A stretch of DNA of 29,481 nucleotides, from sequence record NZ_CP114643.1, one strand, 5' to 3'. The notes under the pieces were generated by a model. That model worked only from the letters and a program-made list of their open reading frames with translations. It searched no databases and was not told the DNA's origin. Positions 17,841 to 26,530 of this stretch are shown here, one piece after another (positions within the stretch are counted from its first letter, which is position 1; every line of letters begins with the position of its first letter). A program made the translations under genes and the position numbers. The DNA is from a plasmid.

Positions 17841-18397
17841 TAGTTGATTCCTCTATTTCCAAATATACTTACAAGGGCTATATAGAGGTTATCATTGATT
17901 TTAAATGACTTTGATAAGGCAATACCATTAATTGTGCGAGAACTTGAACCACTATCATTTTCAACCTCTCCATTAGAATCAAATTTAACTTTTACTCCTG
18001 GTGTAATTGAAGATTGACTACTTTGCTTTACTACTAAGTATCCAGTAAAGTCATTTGTAATAGGAAGTATACTAGCAGTACTAGTAAATTCATCTATATC
18101 AACACATATTCCATATAGATCAGCACCACCCCCCGCCTCAACATGTGGTTCATAATCATCATCAAAAGATAACTTGACACCACGTTTATATGGGTAACCT
18201 TTAAAATAATGATTTTGTAGCCTATCAACACTACTAGTAATAGTGCCCCCTTGATTAGCAAAGTGTAATCCTTTATCTTTAAAACCTATATCTGCATGAA
18301 AAAGCCCAACATCTCTATTTGGGTTCTTCATTATGTCTTGTATTTCTTTTACCTTTTTATCATATTCAGTCTTTAGTTGTGTTATGTTCTGTGACAT
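17840..18397 (-). CDS. Head-module paralog 1 of 3 (unknown function)
   Basis: 185 aa, about 60% identical by eye to the 16495..17052 product. Stop overlaps the start of the next paralog. Confidence 0.4.
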   Translation of the reverse strand: MSQNITQLKTEYDKKVKEIQDIMKNPNRDVGLFHADIGFKDKGLHFANQGGTITSSVDRLQNHYFKGYPYKRGVKLSFDDDYEPHVEAGGGADLYGICVDIDEFTSTASILPITNDFTGYLVVKQSSQSSITPGVKVKFDSNGEVENDSGSSSRTINGIALSKSFKINDNLYIALVSIFGNRGIN

Positions 18398-18409
18398 ATA
18401 TGTTACTCC

Positions 18410-19096
18410 CTAAGCGCTTTTTTTAGTTTTAAGGTTATAAAACTGTTCTCGTATTGACTTGTAAGCATTAACAATAGAGATATTAAACTCATTAAAGTTA
18501 TGTGGAGTAAAATTAGGATCCAGTATTGATAATACTTCATTTGATAAGCTAAATTTAACATCTCCTTTAGAAGTGATTTTAGTAGCCTGTATTCTTTTCT
18601 TTATATTTACTTTAGCAAGATTAACAAGTTGTTCAAGCACCTTACCATCTAAATGCTGAGTGTCTCTTACCTTAGAAATAGCGTAAATATCATCAATTGG
18701 AACATATTTCCTAACAAGCTCTCTGCGTTGTGCCTGCATTATATCTTTGAGTGAGTATCCCTTAGAAAGAAGTGATTCTTTATTAAAATGTGAACTTAAA
18801 TGCTTACGTGCCAAATTATCAATCTCATTAATACGAGTAGCTTCAAGTAATAGTTTCTGCTCTTGTTCTTCTCGTGCCTGTGCCTCAGCAAGCTCACGTG
18901 AGATCCTTTCATTAATACTTAAATTCTTGTTAATGTGCTCTTTTTCTTTTTCTGCCTTATATACCCTGTATTCCTCATAATCTTTTAAATTTAAATTAAC
19001 ACTCTCTTGAGTGTTCCTAAGTTCTTCTGTGTTTGTATTAGTAGTATCTTGACTCTCTTGTGTCCTATCTAAATTTTCTTGTATTTCTTGGATCAT
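18410..19096 (-). CDS. Scaffold-like acidic coiled-coil protein
   Basis: 228 aa. Glu/Gln-rich helical N-terminal half (AEAQAREEQEQKLLLEATRINE). Lies between the portal candidate and the capsid region. Confidence 0.3.
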   Translation of the reverse strand: MIQEIQENLDRTQESQDTTNTNTEELRNTQESVNLNLKDYEEYRVYKAEKEKEHINKNLSINERISRELAEAQAREEQEQKLLLEATRINEIDNLARKHLSSHFNKESLLSKGYSLKDIMQAQRRELVRKYVPIDDIYAISKVRDTQHLDGKVLEQLVNLAKVNIKKRIQATKITSKGDVKFSLSNEVLSILDPNFTPHNFNEFNISIVNAYKSIREQFYNLKTKKSA

Positions 19097-19107
19097 AACC
19101 TCTCCTT

Positions 19108-20322
19108 TTAATATTCATAAAAAAATAATTTTAATCTTAAGGCATGAAGCTCTCTTTGACTTAAACAATTACTTGCTTCTAATTCCTTATATTTACGCAC
19201 TAATTCTATGAGTTTAGAGTCCCTATCGTACTTTTCCTCCTCACCAAGTATGTGTAGTGAATTAAACCTCATATCTAAGTGGTAATGCTTGTTTAATTTG
19301 CTATTAATAGTAACTTCTATCTTTTCTTGCACACTCTTTAAGAAGTCATAGTAATTAGACCTATCACCCTTACCCTCATTGCCTAGTCCCTTAACTTGTT
19401 CATTAAAGCTACGTGTTAGTGGCTCTTTTGTGTCAGCCCCAATCTTAGCTTTGACTAATGCTAAGGCTTCCTTAAGATAGCTAATATCATACTTTATGAC
19501 TTCCATTGATGCATCAGTTTCACAGCTATAAAAGATCCCACCATTATCCAACTTAGATTTAAGTCTTGCAAGCTCACCTACTAATTCATCATTTGCATTA
19601 ACTGACAATGTGACATTATTATCTTTTGTAGATGAAGCATTCTTAGTAAAGAACTCTTTAAAGAAGTTACCTCTGCTCTTATTTGTACCTTCTTTTGATA
19701 CTGCAGCAGTTGATAGGTCCTCTTTAATATGTGAGAGTGATTCATCTTTGTAAAACAAAAAGTTATGGGTATCTATTCTCTTCTCTATTTCTTGGTAGAT
19801 CTTCTCTAGTAAATACACATCAAGAAGGAAGCTTTCACTGTAACATGGAATATAAGAACCCAATATATAATCATAATTAGAGTATATGATTAATCTACTT
19901 TTGTGTATTGTTAATGTAGTAAAGCCTGAGGAACTTAAGTCTAAACTTTCACCTTTAAAGTAGTAGTTTATATGAGTAGACTCTGGTCCAAGGTCATGTA
20001 CCCTAGAATAATCTAAATACATAAATCCTATAGGAAGTTCACTATTAACTTCCAAGTGCAAATCACCTGTCTGGTCTGCAGTTTTAACTAAAATATACCC
20101 AACACCATTAAACCGACAGCTAATAATACACTGCATTAATGCTTCTTTAAGCTCGAGTTTAAGTTTATCTAATTCTTCGCACATAGATGTAACAGAAGAA
20201 GACGTACTCTGCAAACTAATTCCATTCTTTAGCACGTCTTCTGCTACATTCTCTATATAATTCCTAAAAAATATTGAATACTTATATAAGTCCCTTGCGT
20301 TTACTTTAAACCTTAAACTCAT
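19108..20322 (-). CDS. Portal protein candidate
   Basis: 404-aa ORF. First large structural gene after the large terminase (separated from it by the inserted Bdr-like gene). Called by synteny and size only. Confidence 0.35.
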   Translation of the reverse strand: MSLRFKVNARDLYKYSIFFRNYIENVAEDVLKNGISLQSTSSSVTSMCEELDKLKLELKEALMQCIISCRFNGVGYILVKTADQTGDLHLEVNSELPIGFMYLDYSRVHDLGPESTHINYYFKGESLDLSSSGFTTLTIHKSRLIIYSNYDYILGSYIPCYSESFLLDVYLLEKIYQEIEKRIDTHNFLFYKDESLSHIKEDLSTAAVSKEGTNKSRGNFFKEFFTKNASSTKDNNVTLSVNANDELVGELARLKSKLDNGGIFYSCETDASMEVIKYDISYLKEALALVKAKIGADTKEPLTRSFNEQVKGLGNEGKGDRSNYYDFLKSVQEKIEVTINSKLNKHYHLDMRFNSLHILGEEEKYDRDSKLIELVRKYKELEASNCLSQRELHALRLKLFFYEY

Positions 20323-20461
20323 TTAAATAACATCTAACCTTACACAATAAATATAATGCAACAATTAGTTTTTGATATAATTTAATTAACAAAAAAATTT
20401 ATTTTTTACAAAAAAAAATAACTATTGGATTTTCACTTTTATGCTTTTGCTTATTTTAAAT

Positions 20462-21211
20462 TTACTTATTTAATAATGAATACACTATTGAGATTAATGT
20501 TAAGAATATCCCTACATTAAGTGTGATAAGAGTTCCAAACATCCATCCATGTAATTTTAATGTACCTTTAATTTCTGAGGTTGATTTGTCTATCTTACTA
20601 TCAAGAGTATTTATCTTACTATCAAGCTCAGTCCTATTTATTTCCATATCTTTTCTAACAAGAGCAACTTCATTACTTACAGAGGCAATCTCAGATTTTA
20701 AGCTTGTCTCTACTTTGTCAATTTTATTATCAAGATCTCTAATATCAGATTTTAAGCTAGCTTCAACATTGTCAATTTTATTATCAAGATCTCTAATATC
20801 AGATTTTAATTCAGTTCTAACATTCTCGATTTTATTATTTAAGTTATTCTCAACGTTATCTATTTTATTATCAAGTTCTCTAATATCGGCTTTTAAGCTA
20901 GCCTCAACGTTATCTATTTTATTATCAAGTTCATTAAATTTATTATCAATTTTATTATTAAGTTCAGTATGGACTGCTTTAATCTCAGATTTTAAACTAA
21001 CTTCTACCTTTTCAATATCAGATTTTAAGCTAGCTTCAACTTTTGCAAGCTTAATGTCAAAGTTTTCTTTAAGATACTCAATATCTTTGTGAGTAAGCTC
21101 ATTTTTATAATACCTGTAAGATAAATCCTCAGCAATCTCCTGATTAATACCCGCTTTAATAAGCTCAGCTAATACCATTTGTCTTGTAATAATAGTTTGA
21201 GGCAAACCCAT
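20462..21211 (-). CDS. Bdr-like repeat protein: coiled-coil KID-repeat protein with C-terminal membrane anchor
   Basis: Central array of 11/18-residue repeats (LDNKIDNVEASLKSDIRD x several). C-terminal hydrophobic segment WMFGTLITLNVGIFLTLISIVYSLL. This architecture (KID-containing repeats plus C-terminal anchor) is that of Borrelia Bdr proteins. Confidence 0.5.
   Translation of the reverse strand: MGLPQTIITRQMVLAELIKAGINQEIAEDLSYRYYKNELTHKDIEYLKENFDIKLAKVEASLKSDIEKVEVSLKSEIKAVHTELNNKIDNKFNELDNKIDNVEASLKADIRELDNKIDNVENNLNNKIENVRTELKSDIRDLDNKIDNVEASLKSDIRDLDNKIDKVETSLKSEIASVSNEVALVRKDMEINRTELDSKINTLDSKIDKSTSEIKGTLKLHGWMFGTLITLNVGIFLTLISIVYSLLNK
20640..21060. repeat. Imperfect tandem DNA repeats (unit about 54 bp, with 33-bp sub-units) encoding the Bdr-like repeat region
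   Basis: Seen directly, e.g. TCTCTAATATCAGATTTTAAGCTAGCTTCAAC.TT.TC.ATTTTATTATCAAGATC recurs at 20739..20790, 20791..20840, 20870..20925 and 20990..21050 with substitutions. Confidence 0.5.
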
Positions 21212-21252
21212 ATAGAAACTCCTTATATAATTATTATATAATAATTTAAATA

Positions 21253-22611
21253 TTATATGAACCTTATTTTAGTAAAATGTGCTTTTAAAGAACTCCTACC
21301 CAAACTAAGTAACATATATAGAGCAGATAATGCATCAATTGAATCATCATCACCCTTACCATCACCTTTATACTTGTAAATATCAGCAATAGCAGATTTA
21401 CTACTAAAATCTAGGATACTTAAATTTGATGAGTTAATAGGACCTATTAAAGTAGCAATTCTAGTAAATTTATTACTTATAGGTTTAATAGGAGCAATTC
21501 TGTAATGATGATTCATATGTGCCCTAAGATTAATAAACACTTTAGTAATACTACCTTTCCCAGTAGTATTATCCCTATCTTCAATATAAAGTGTATGCAC
21601 ATTTAAGTTTTCTAGTATAGTCATAATTGTATTTAATACTCTTGGGTCACTTGCTGGAAGTTTGTCTTGAAATATAAATGCATAATACTTGTTATCTACT
21701 CGCTCTAATACACAAAGTGCACTGTTATCACAACCAATACTATAAGCAGGTTCTAGGTAGGCTATTGGGGATTTAAATTCATATTTTTCTTTACTTATAA
21801 GATTAACATTAGTAAATATAGCCTCATTAGATGCAACCCATTCTCCTAAGAGCACTCTTGCTTTATATGTTGGTTGGTCTTTATATAGTTGTTCTTGTGT
21901 CTTAATAAAGTCTAAGGGTATTAATGCGTTATCATATGTTGTAAAGTTATATGTAGCATAAATATCAGTATTATCAATATAATCAGTTTTAAAGTAATGC
22001 TCAGGATGATCTGGGTTGGTATCAAAGATGATACTTTGCTTTCCAACTCTGAGTCTTTTAAGACATTCTATTAATGTTTCTTTATGAAGAGTAGTTGCTT
22101 CATTAACATAGATGATAGCAGAATTAGAGCCTCTGAAGCGTTCAAAGTCACTTGCCTTATCTCCACCATATAAATTAACTCTTAAGGAATCTACTTCAAA
22201 ATAAGAAGTATTGGAATACTTGGGTACAAATGATATATTAAGCATACAAGCAATTTTATCAAATTGCCCCAATACATTAAGTTCTAAAGATTTTTGTGAA
22301 TTGCCCAAAATAAAATTATTGGTATCTTGCTTGTATAAATGTCTACCAGTAAGCAGTATTTTTAAGAATAGATAACATGCTAAGAATGTTTTACCACTGG
22401 CAATCCCTCCACAAAGAATAATCTTAGTTTGCTTATGTTCTTCAATACTATTTATAACTGCTAATTGTTTTGGTGTTAAATGTGTTTGCTCAAAGTTTTT
22501 AAAGTTAACATCTAAACTTTTAGGCTTAATGTAATCTTGTATATCAATCCCATATTTATGTTTATATTTTTTTCTGTATTTAACAAACAAACTACTCTTG
22601 TATATATCCAT
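21253..22611 (-). CDS. Terminase large subunit
   Basis: 452 aa. Walker A motif ILCGGIASGKTF near the N-terminus and acidic nuclease-like C-terminal half. Immediately downstream of the HTH small-subunit-like gene at the head of the late operon. Confidence 0.7.
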   Translation of the reverse strand: MDIYKSSLFVKYRKKYKHKYGIDIQDYIKPKSLDVNFKNFEQTHLTPKQLAVINSIEEHKQTKIILCGGIASGKTFLACYLFLKILLTGRHLYKQDTNNFILGNSQKSLELNVLGQFDKIACMLNISFVPKYSNTSYFEVDSLRVNLYGGDKASDFERFRGSNSAIIYVNEATTLHKETLIECLKRLRVGKQSIIFDTNPDHPEHYFKTDYIDNTDIYATYNFTTYDNALIPLDFIKTQEQLYKDQPTYKARVLLGEWVASNEAIFTNVNLISKEKYEFKSPIAYLEPAYSIGCDNSALCVLERVDNKYYAFIFQDKLPASDPRVLNTIMTILENLNVHTLYIEDRDNTTGKGSITKVFINLRAHMNHHYRIAPIKPISNKFTRIATLIGPINSSNLSILDFSSKSAIADIYKYKGDGKGDDDSIDALSALYMLLSLGRSSLKAHFTKIRFI

Positions 22612-22614
22612 AAG

Positions 22615-23163
22615 TTATTCTTTGTATTTAGTAATATCAATAACAGATTTAAGTTTGAGGAGCACTTTATAACACAGATCCATTTTTTTAGTTTCAATTT
22701 TTTTTTCAAGCTCTTTAAGTTCACTTATCTTTAAATTAAGACTGAAAGAATCATTAGAATCTGCATTTGTAATATCTTTCCTACACTGCAGTATTTCATT
22801 ATGTAATTTGTCTGCCTGCTTAACATCATCTTGTAATTCTAGCTGACAATACTTATTAAAGGATGAAAGAAAGGTTAATGCAATATTGTTTTTCTCAATC
22901 TCTACTTGATTTTTAAGTCTATTAGCGTGAGTTTCAGTCTCTAAACTTCGGGCAAGCATATTATTGAAAGTATCCTCACTAATAGTAAGCTTAGAGGTAC
23001 TAGTAACATAATTTGATTCATCTTTTAGGGATTTCCATTTGCGTCGCATCTTACCAACATTAACACGAGATACCCCCAATTCTTTAGCGATTTCTGCATC
23101 CTTAAGTCTACCCTCTTTAAAGTAGACTATATAATCATTGTAGGTTTTCTTAAGTCTGCTCAT
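22615..23163 (-). CDS. Terminase small subunit-like HTH protein
   Basis: Start reassigned to MSRLKK (ATG 23163, RBS AAAGGAT). Helix-turn-helix AEIAKELGVSRVNVGKMRRKW followed by a coiled coil. First gene of the operon, 4 nt before TerL. Confidence 0.4.
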   Translation of the reverse strand: MSRLKKTYNDYIVYFKEGRLKDAEIAKELGVSRVNVGKMRRKWKSLKDESNYVTSTSKLTISEDTFNNMLARSLETETHANRLKNQVEIEKNNIALTFLSSFNKYCQLELQDDVKQADKLHNEILQCRKDITNADSNDSFSLNLKISELKELEKKIETKKMDLCYKVLLKLKSVIDITKYKE

Positions 23164-23325
23164 ATCCTTTAACTTTAATTTAATAAATAAGTTAACATAA
23201 ACTATACACCAAAACAATAAAGTTTACAAAAACAATATTTTTATATAAAAGCAGATATACACATATAAGTAACTAGGTTATAATACTTAAATTAATTAAA
23301 TATTAAAATTTAAAGGAGAATATTT

Positions 23326-24249
23326 ATGAATAAATATATATATTGTTTAATACTATGTAGCATGTTACTTTTCTACTGTTGCGGAGAGCGTAATCCTATG
23401 CCAAAAGGGAATAACCTAACAAATGATTCTAATACTACCTTAAGTGCTGATGAACAACAAAAAGTTGATACTCTAATTTATGTATTTAAAAAAATGATAG
23501 AAAATGATAACCAATTGAACATGGAACAAAAAGAAAAATACAAAATGTTTGAAATTTGGTTATTAAAAGATACTCAAAAACAAAAAGAATTGGCTGATCA
23601 TTTTCAATATGTATACTATCTTTTAGACCAAGAAACAAAGCCACAACAAGCAAGCAACATACCTACTAAACAAATTATAGTAAATACTATTGATTGCGTA
23701 GCGTCAAATCAATGTGATGGCAGAAATGATGTGTACTCTTATCATCGAGATGATTCGATGACTGATGGAGAAAAAATAAAAAGTTTTTTTAGCAATCTTT
23801 TACACAATATACTTGACACACTTAAAAAGTCTAACAATAACATAAATACATATGAAGAAGTGTTTAAATATCTTAGATCAGAATTCGTTTCTCCAAACAA
23901 TGCTATTATTACGGGTTTATCAACCGATGAGACACTTAACAAAATGAGATTCAATAATCAACAAATAAAAGCAATAAGATTCTTGCAAGATAGTATAGGT
24001 AAGAGTAAACAACATATAAATAATTCAACATATATATCTTTTATAGTCTTAAGCAATTCAACGGTTAAACCGGCACTAGATTATATATATAATGAACTTT
24101 TAAAGTGTAATGAAAATCAACAAAGTATTGATAATTTTAATGAGGATTTACACAACTATTTTTGGTCTCTAGCTCCAAATAAAATTAATGATGAGACAAT
24201 AAAGCAATTACCAAATAAAGTGACTATTAAATGTGGAAATGCTAATTAA
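23326..24249 (+). CDS. Lipoprotein, 307 aa, function unknown (candidate lysogenic-conversion surface protein)
   Basis: RBS AAAGGAG. N-terminus MNKYIYCLILCSMLLFYCCGE is a signal peptide with lipobox-like Cys. Divergent from the late operon. Confidence 0.45.
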   Translation: MNKYIYCLILCSMLLFYCCGERNPMPKGNNLTNDSNTTLSADEQQKVDTLIYVFKKMIENDNQLNMEQKEKYKMFEIWLLKDTQKQKELADHFQYVYYLLDQETKPQQASNIPTKQIIVNTIDCVASNQCDGRNDVYSYHRDDSMTDGEKIKSFFSNLLHNILDTLKKSNNNINTYEEVFKYLRSEFVSPNNAIITGLSTDETLNKMRFNNQQIKAIRFLQDSIGKSKQHINNSTYISFIVLSNSTVKPALDYIYNELLKCNENQQSIDNFNEDLHNYFWSLAPNKINDETIKQLPNKVTIKCGNAN

Positions 24250-24730
24250 ATAAATTAAACACAAATAAAAAATATAATTAAGAAAGGAAATTTAAAATAG
24301 ACTCAAACAAAATTTGACAAATATAATAATCTAACCTTATAAAATCTTCATATATTACAGTTCACACTGCTAAGTATATTATTTTTTGCAAAAGCAAACT
24401 GATCAAAAAATAAAAGAAAAAACTATTATTTTAAATAATGATGACAATTAGAATTGTAATTCTTTATCTTGTATTTATTTATACTTGAAAACTACAAGAA
24501 CCTTGACCTCTATAAAGAGGGTCAAAAGAGTAAATATACAGGACTTAATCGGATCTCAAAACATATCTAAATAAAAGAAATCATCTAATATTCTCAACAA
24601 TTATAGACAAAATGTTTGCTCGCCTCAAAGATGAGCTATTATGTACTGAAAATAGCAGTAAACATTTAGATGGACTTACATCAAATTGGCAATAAACAAA
24701 TTATTAAAATAAAAATATAAGGAGATATAA

Positions 24731-25165
24731 ATGAAAATAATTAATTTTGTTTTAATTTTATCACTATTAATTAGTAGTTGTGGACAATATGAAAATGCGA
24801 ATAATGTTTCAAAAAGGAGATCTAAGAGAGACATAAAGCAACAAATAGACGAGGTTAAAAAAACACCTGAGGAAGCATTAAAAGAGAAGTTAAGTGAAGA
24901 AGAAAAGGTAAATCTAGAGTTTTTAAAAGAAGCTTTAGGTGATGAGAGTAAATTTGGTCAGTTTTTAATCTTTGATGAATCTAAGATAAAATCTGCTCTT
25001 GAACATATAAAAGAACAACTTAAAAGTTGTAATGGTGATGCAGAAGGTGGTAAAGAAACGTTTAAAACTGTTGTACAAGGATACTTTAGCAAAATGGATG
25101 AAAGTACATTAAATGGGTTTAAAGATGGAGCAACAAGCACTTGTCAAGCAGGAGCAGGGGGATAA
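24731..25165 (+). CDS. mlp: Mlp-family (multicopy lipoprotein) lipoprotein
   Basis: MKIINFVLILSLLISSCG signal/lipobox, then EKLSEEEKVNLEFLKEALGDESKFGQFLIFDESKIKSALEHIKEQLKSCNGD...TFKTVVQG...GF...TSTC. This matches conserved Mlp blocks recalled from B. burgdorferi cp32. 144 aa. Confidence 0.75.
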   Translation: MKIINFVLILSLLISSCGQYENANNVSKRRSKRDIKQQIDEVKKTPEEALKEKLSEEEKVNLEFLKEALGDESKFGQFLIFDESKIKSALEHIKEQLKSCNGDAEGGKETFKTVVQGYFSKMDESTLNGFKDGATSTCQAGAGG

Positions 25166-25485
25166 ATAAAGAGATAAATAAAGCCAAAGGCTGAAAGTTA
25201 ATAAATAGGAAATTAAGAAAGAGAAATTAAGAAAGATGTAAAAAGAGAAAGCAGTATGAATTCCCAAAAAATAGAAAGAGCTAGAATAAATAGGAAGAGT
25301 AAAAGGATTAAGTAAATGGGATTAAGAAAGAGGGAAGTAAACAATTGGTTAACAATGGGTAAGAAGATAAGAATTGAGAAGAGAGACGTTACATTGCAAA
25401 GGTAAGAGATAAGGAAATGAAAAAAAGGTATGAAATAAAAGAATAGGAGATAAGGAAGTATATAAGTAAGTGTTAATATACTATA
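25166..25485 (+). repeat. About 320-bp purine-only (A/G about 85-90%) low-complexity tract on the + strand
   Basis: Seen directly. Degenerate AAGA/AAGAG/GGAA-type units, with only tiny ORFs on the + strand. Confidence 0.5.
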
Positions 25486-25658
25486 CATTTATTCCTAAAT
25501 TATCAAAACATACTCTTAAGTAGTATAAAACTAATCTTTAACACACATACTATATGCAATGACCCCCCTCTAAATTTGACTCTATAAACAAATATTTGCT
25601 AATATTATAGTAACTATTTATACATATTTTTATAACCTTTACTTAAAATCTAAATTAC

Positions 25659-26429
25659 ATGAAAAGGCAAGATTATCTTAAGGAAAAAATTAATCAACTC
25701 ACTAAGCAAAATGAACTCCTACTAAAAGAATCTCAACACTACAGGCAAGAATTAGAACAACTCAAAAGTAAATTAGACAAAAAAACTACTAAACCTCCCA
25801 AACCTAAACCTGTAAGGTTTTATCTTAACGACAAAACAACTAGACTTGTAAAACGTTGTATAGAAAAACTTAAAAGTATTGACCCAATATCTGGTTGGTT
25901 TGTATATATCCTCTCAATTACTGGTTGCAGGGGAGTAGAACTGCAAAACGTAAAACTTACCGATATTTCTAAAGAAATTAGCTCTGATGGTGAGGTTTTA
26001 TACTCACTTCGTGTTAATGTTGCAAAAAAGCGTAGTAATATCTGTATAAGAGAAGTAGTTGTTAGTGAACCTGAATTTGACTCTATTATGAGAATACACA
26101 AACACTATTTTGATGCTAAGGGTAAAGACAGTCGGCGTACATATCTCTTCCAAAAAAGCAAAATTAGATTCAAAGACAACAAGATTAATATAAATAAAAT
26201 AGCGGTTCAATTTAAATCATTACTTAAATCTTATGGATTTAAAGAGCGTAAATCACTACACCTATGCAGAAACATATTTATTGCCACCCTTAAATCTCGT
26301 GGGTACAACTCATTTGAAATAAAAGAGCTTATGAAATACTCCTCCACCTCAGAGATTGATAACGTTTATGGTCTCTCCAGTGCAAGTAAAATCCAGGCTT
26401 ACAAAGATATTAAATCCAGCTTGAAATAA
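25659..26429 (+). CDS. Small tyrosine recombinase (integrase/resolvase family) with N-terminal coiled coil
   Basis: Box I Arg in ITGCRGVELQNVKLTDI. Box II HLCRNIFIATLKSRGYNSFEIKELMKYSSTSEIDNVYG gives the H-x-x-R motif plus catalytic Tyr about 35 aa downstream. 256 aa, with no large N-terminal arm-binding domain. Confidence 0.55.
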   Translation: MKRQDYLKEKINQLTKQNELLLKESQHYRQELEQLKSKLDKKTTKPPKPKPVRFYLNDKTTRLVKRCIEKLKSIDPISGWFVYILSITGCRGVELQNVKLTDISKEISSDGEVLYSLRVNVAKKRSNICIREVVVSEPEFDSIMRIHKHYFDAKGKDSRRTYLFQKSKIRFKDNKININKIAVQFKSLLKSYGFKERKSLHLCRNIFIATLKSRGYNSFEIKELMKYSSTSEIDNVYGLSSASKIQAYKDIKSSLK

Positions 26430-26502
26430 TTTCCATTCTTGCTACATTTATAGTACAATTAAAACAACTTTAAAACAAAAAATCTCTATTTCTTCAATAT
26501 AA

Positions 26503-26530
26503 GGACACCAAGAGGTGGTGTTCTTATATA
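26503..26530 (+). terminator. Weak rho-independent terminator candidate after the recombinase gene
   Basis: GGACACCA-AGAGG-TGGTGTTC hairpin (8-bp stem with one G-U pair) followed by TTATATATAA. Confidence 0.25.

Noticed and set aside
16568-18980. + strand ORFs 16568..16771, 17278..17520, 17666..17908 and 18747..18980
   Set aside because: Each lies antisense within the paralog trio or the scaffold-like gene. No RBS, and they are not conserved between paralog copies.
20640-21060. Tandem repeats considered as a possible CRISPR array
   Set aside because: Repeats are imperfect, contiguous without unique spacers, and lie in-frame inside a coiled-coil ORF. They are coding repeats, not CRISPR.
20523-21092. 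189-aa + strand ORF antisense to the Bdr-like gene
   Set aside because: Product is a Ser/Leu/Ile low-complexity repeat that simply mirrors the coding tandem repeats on the other strand.
22512-22734. Short ORFs on both strands at the TerS/TerL junction
   Set aside because: Overlap the 5' end of the terminase large subunit gene and the TerS-like 3' end. Poly-Phe/Lys low complexity.
23164-23217. Upstream 18-codon extension of the TerS-like ORF (MFWCIVYVNLFIKLKLKD)
   Set aside because: No RBS, whereas the internal ATG at 23163 has AAAGGAT and starts a typical HTH N-terminus.
23742-23954. 70-aa minus-strand ORF
   Set aside because: Antisense within the 307-aa lipoprotein gene.
24314-24343. Sigma70-like TTGACA-N18-TATAAA as the mlp promoter
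   Set aside because: Hexamer matches are frequent by chance in about 28% GC DNA, and it lies about 390 bp from the start codon. Not reported as a feature without transcript mapping.
24958-25140. 60-aa minus-strand ORF
   Set aside because: Antisense within mlp.
25213-25488. 91-aa minus-strand ORF (Phe/Leu/Ile/Ser/Pro-rich)
   Set aside because: Pure pyrimidine-strand translation of the purine-only tract, giving extreme low complexity. No start signals.
25820-26210. Minus-strand ORFs 25820..26101 and 26004..26210
   Set aside because: Antisense to the tyrosine recombinase gene.
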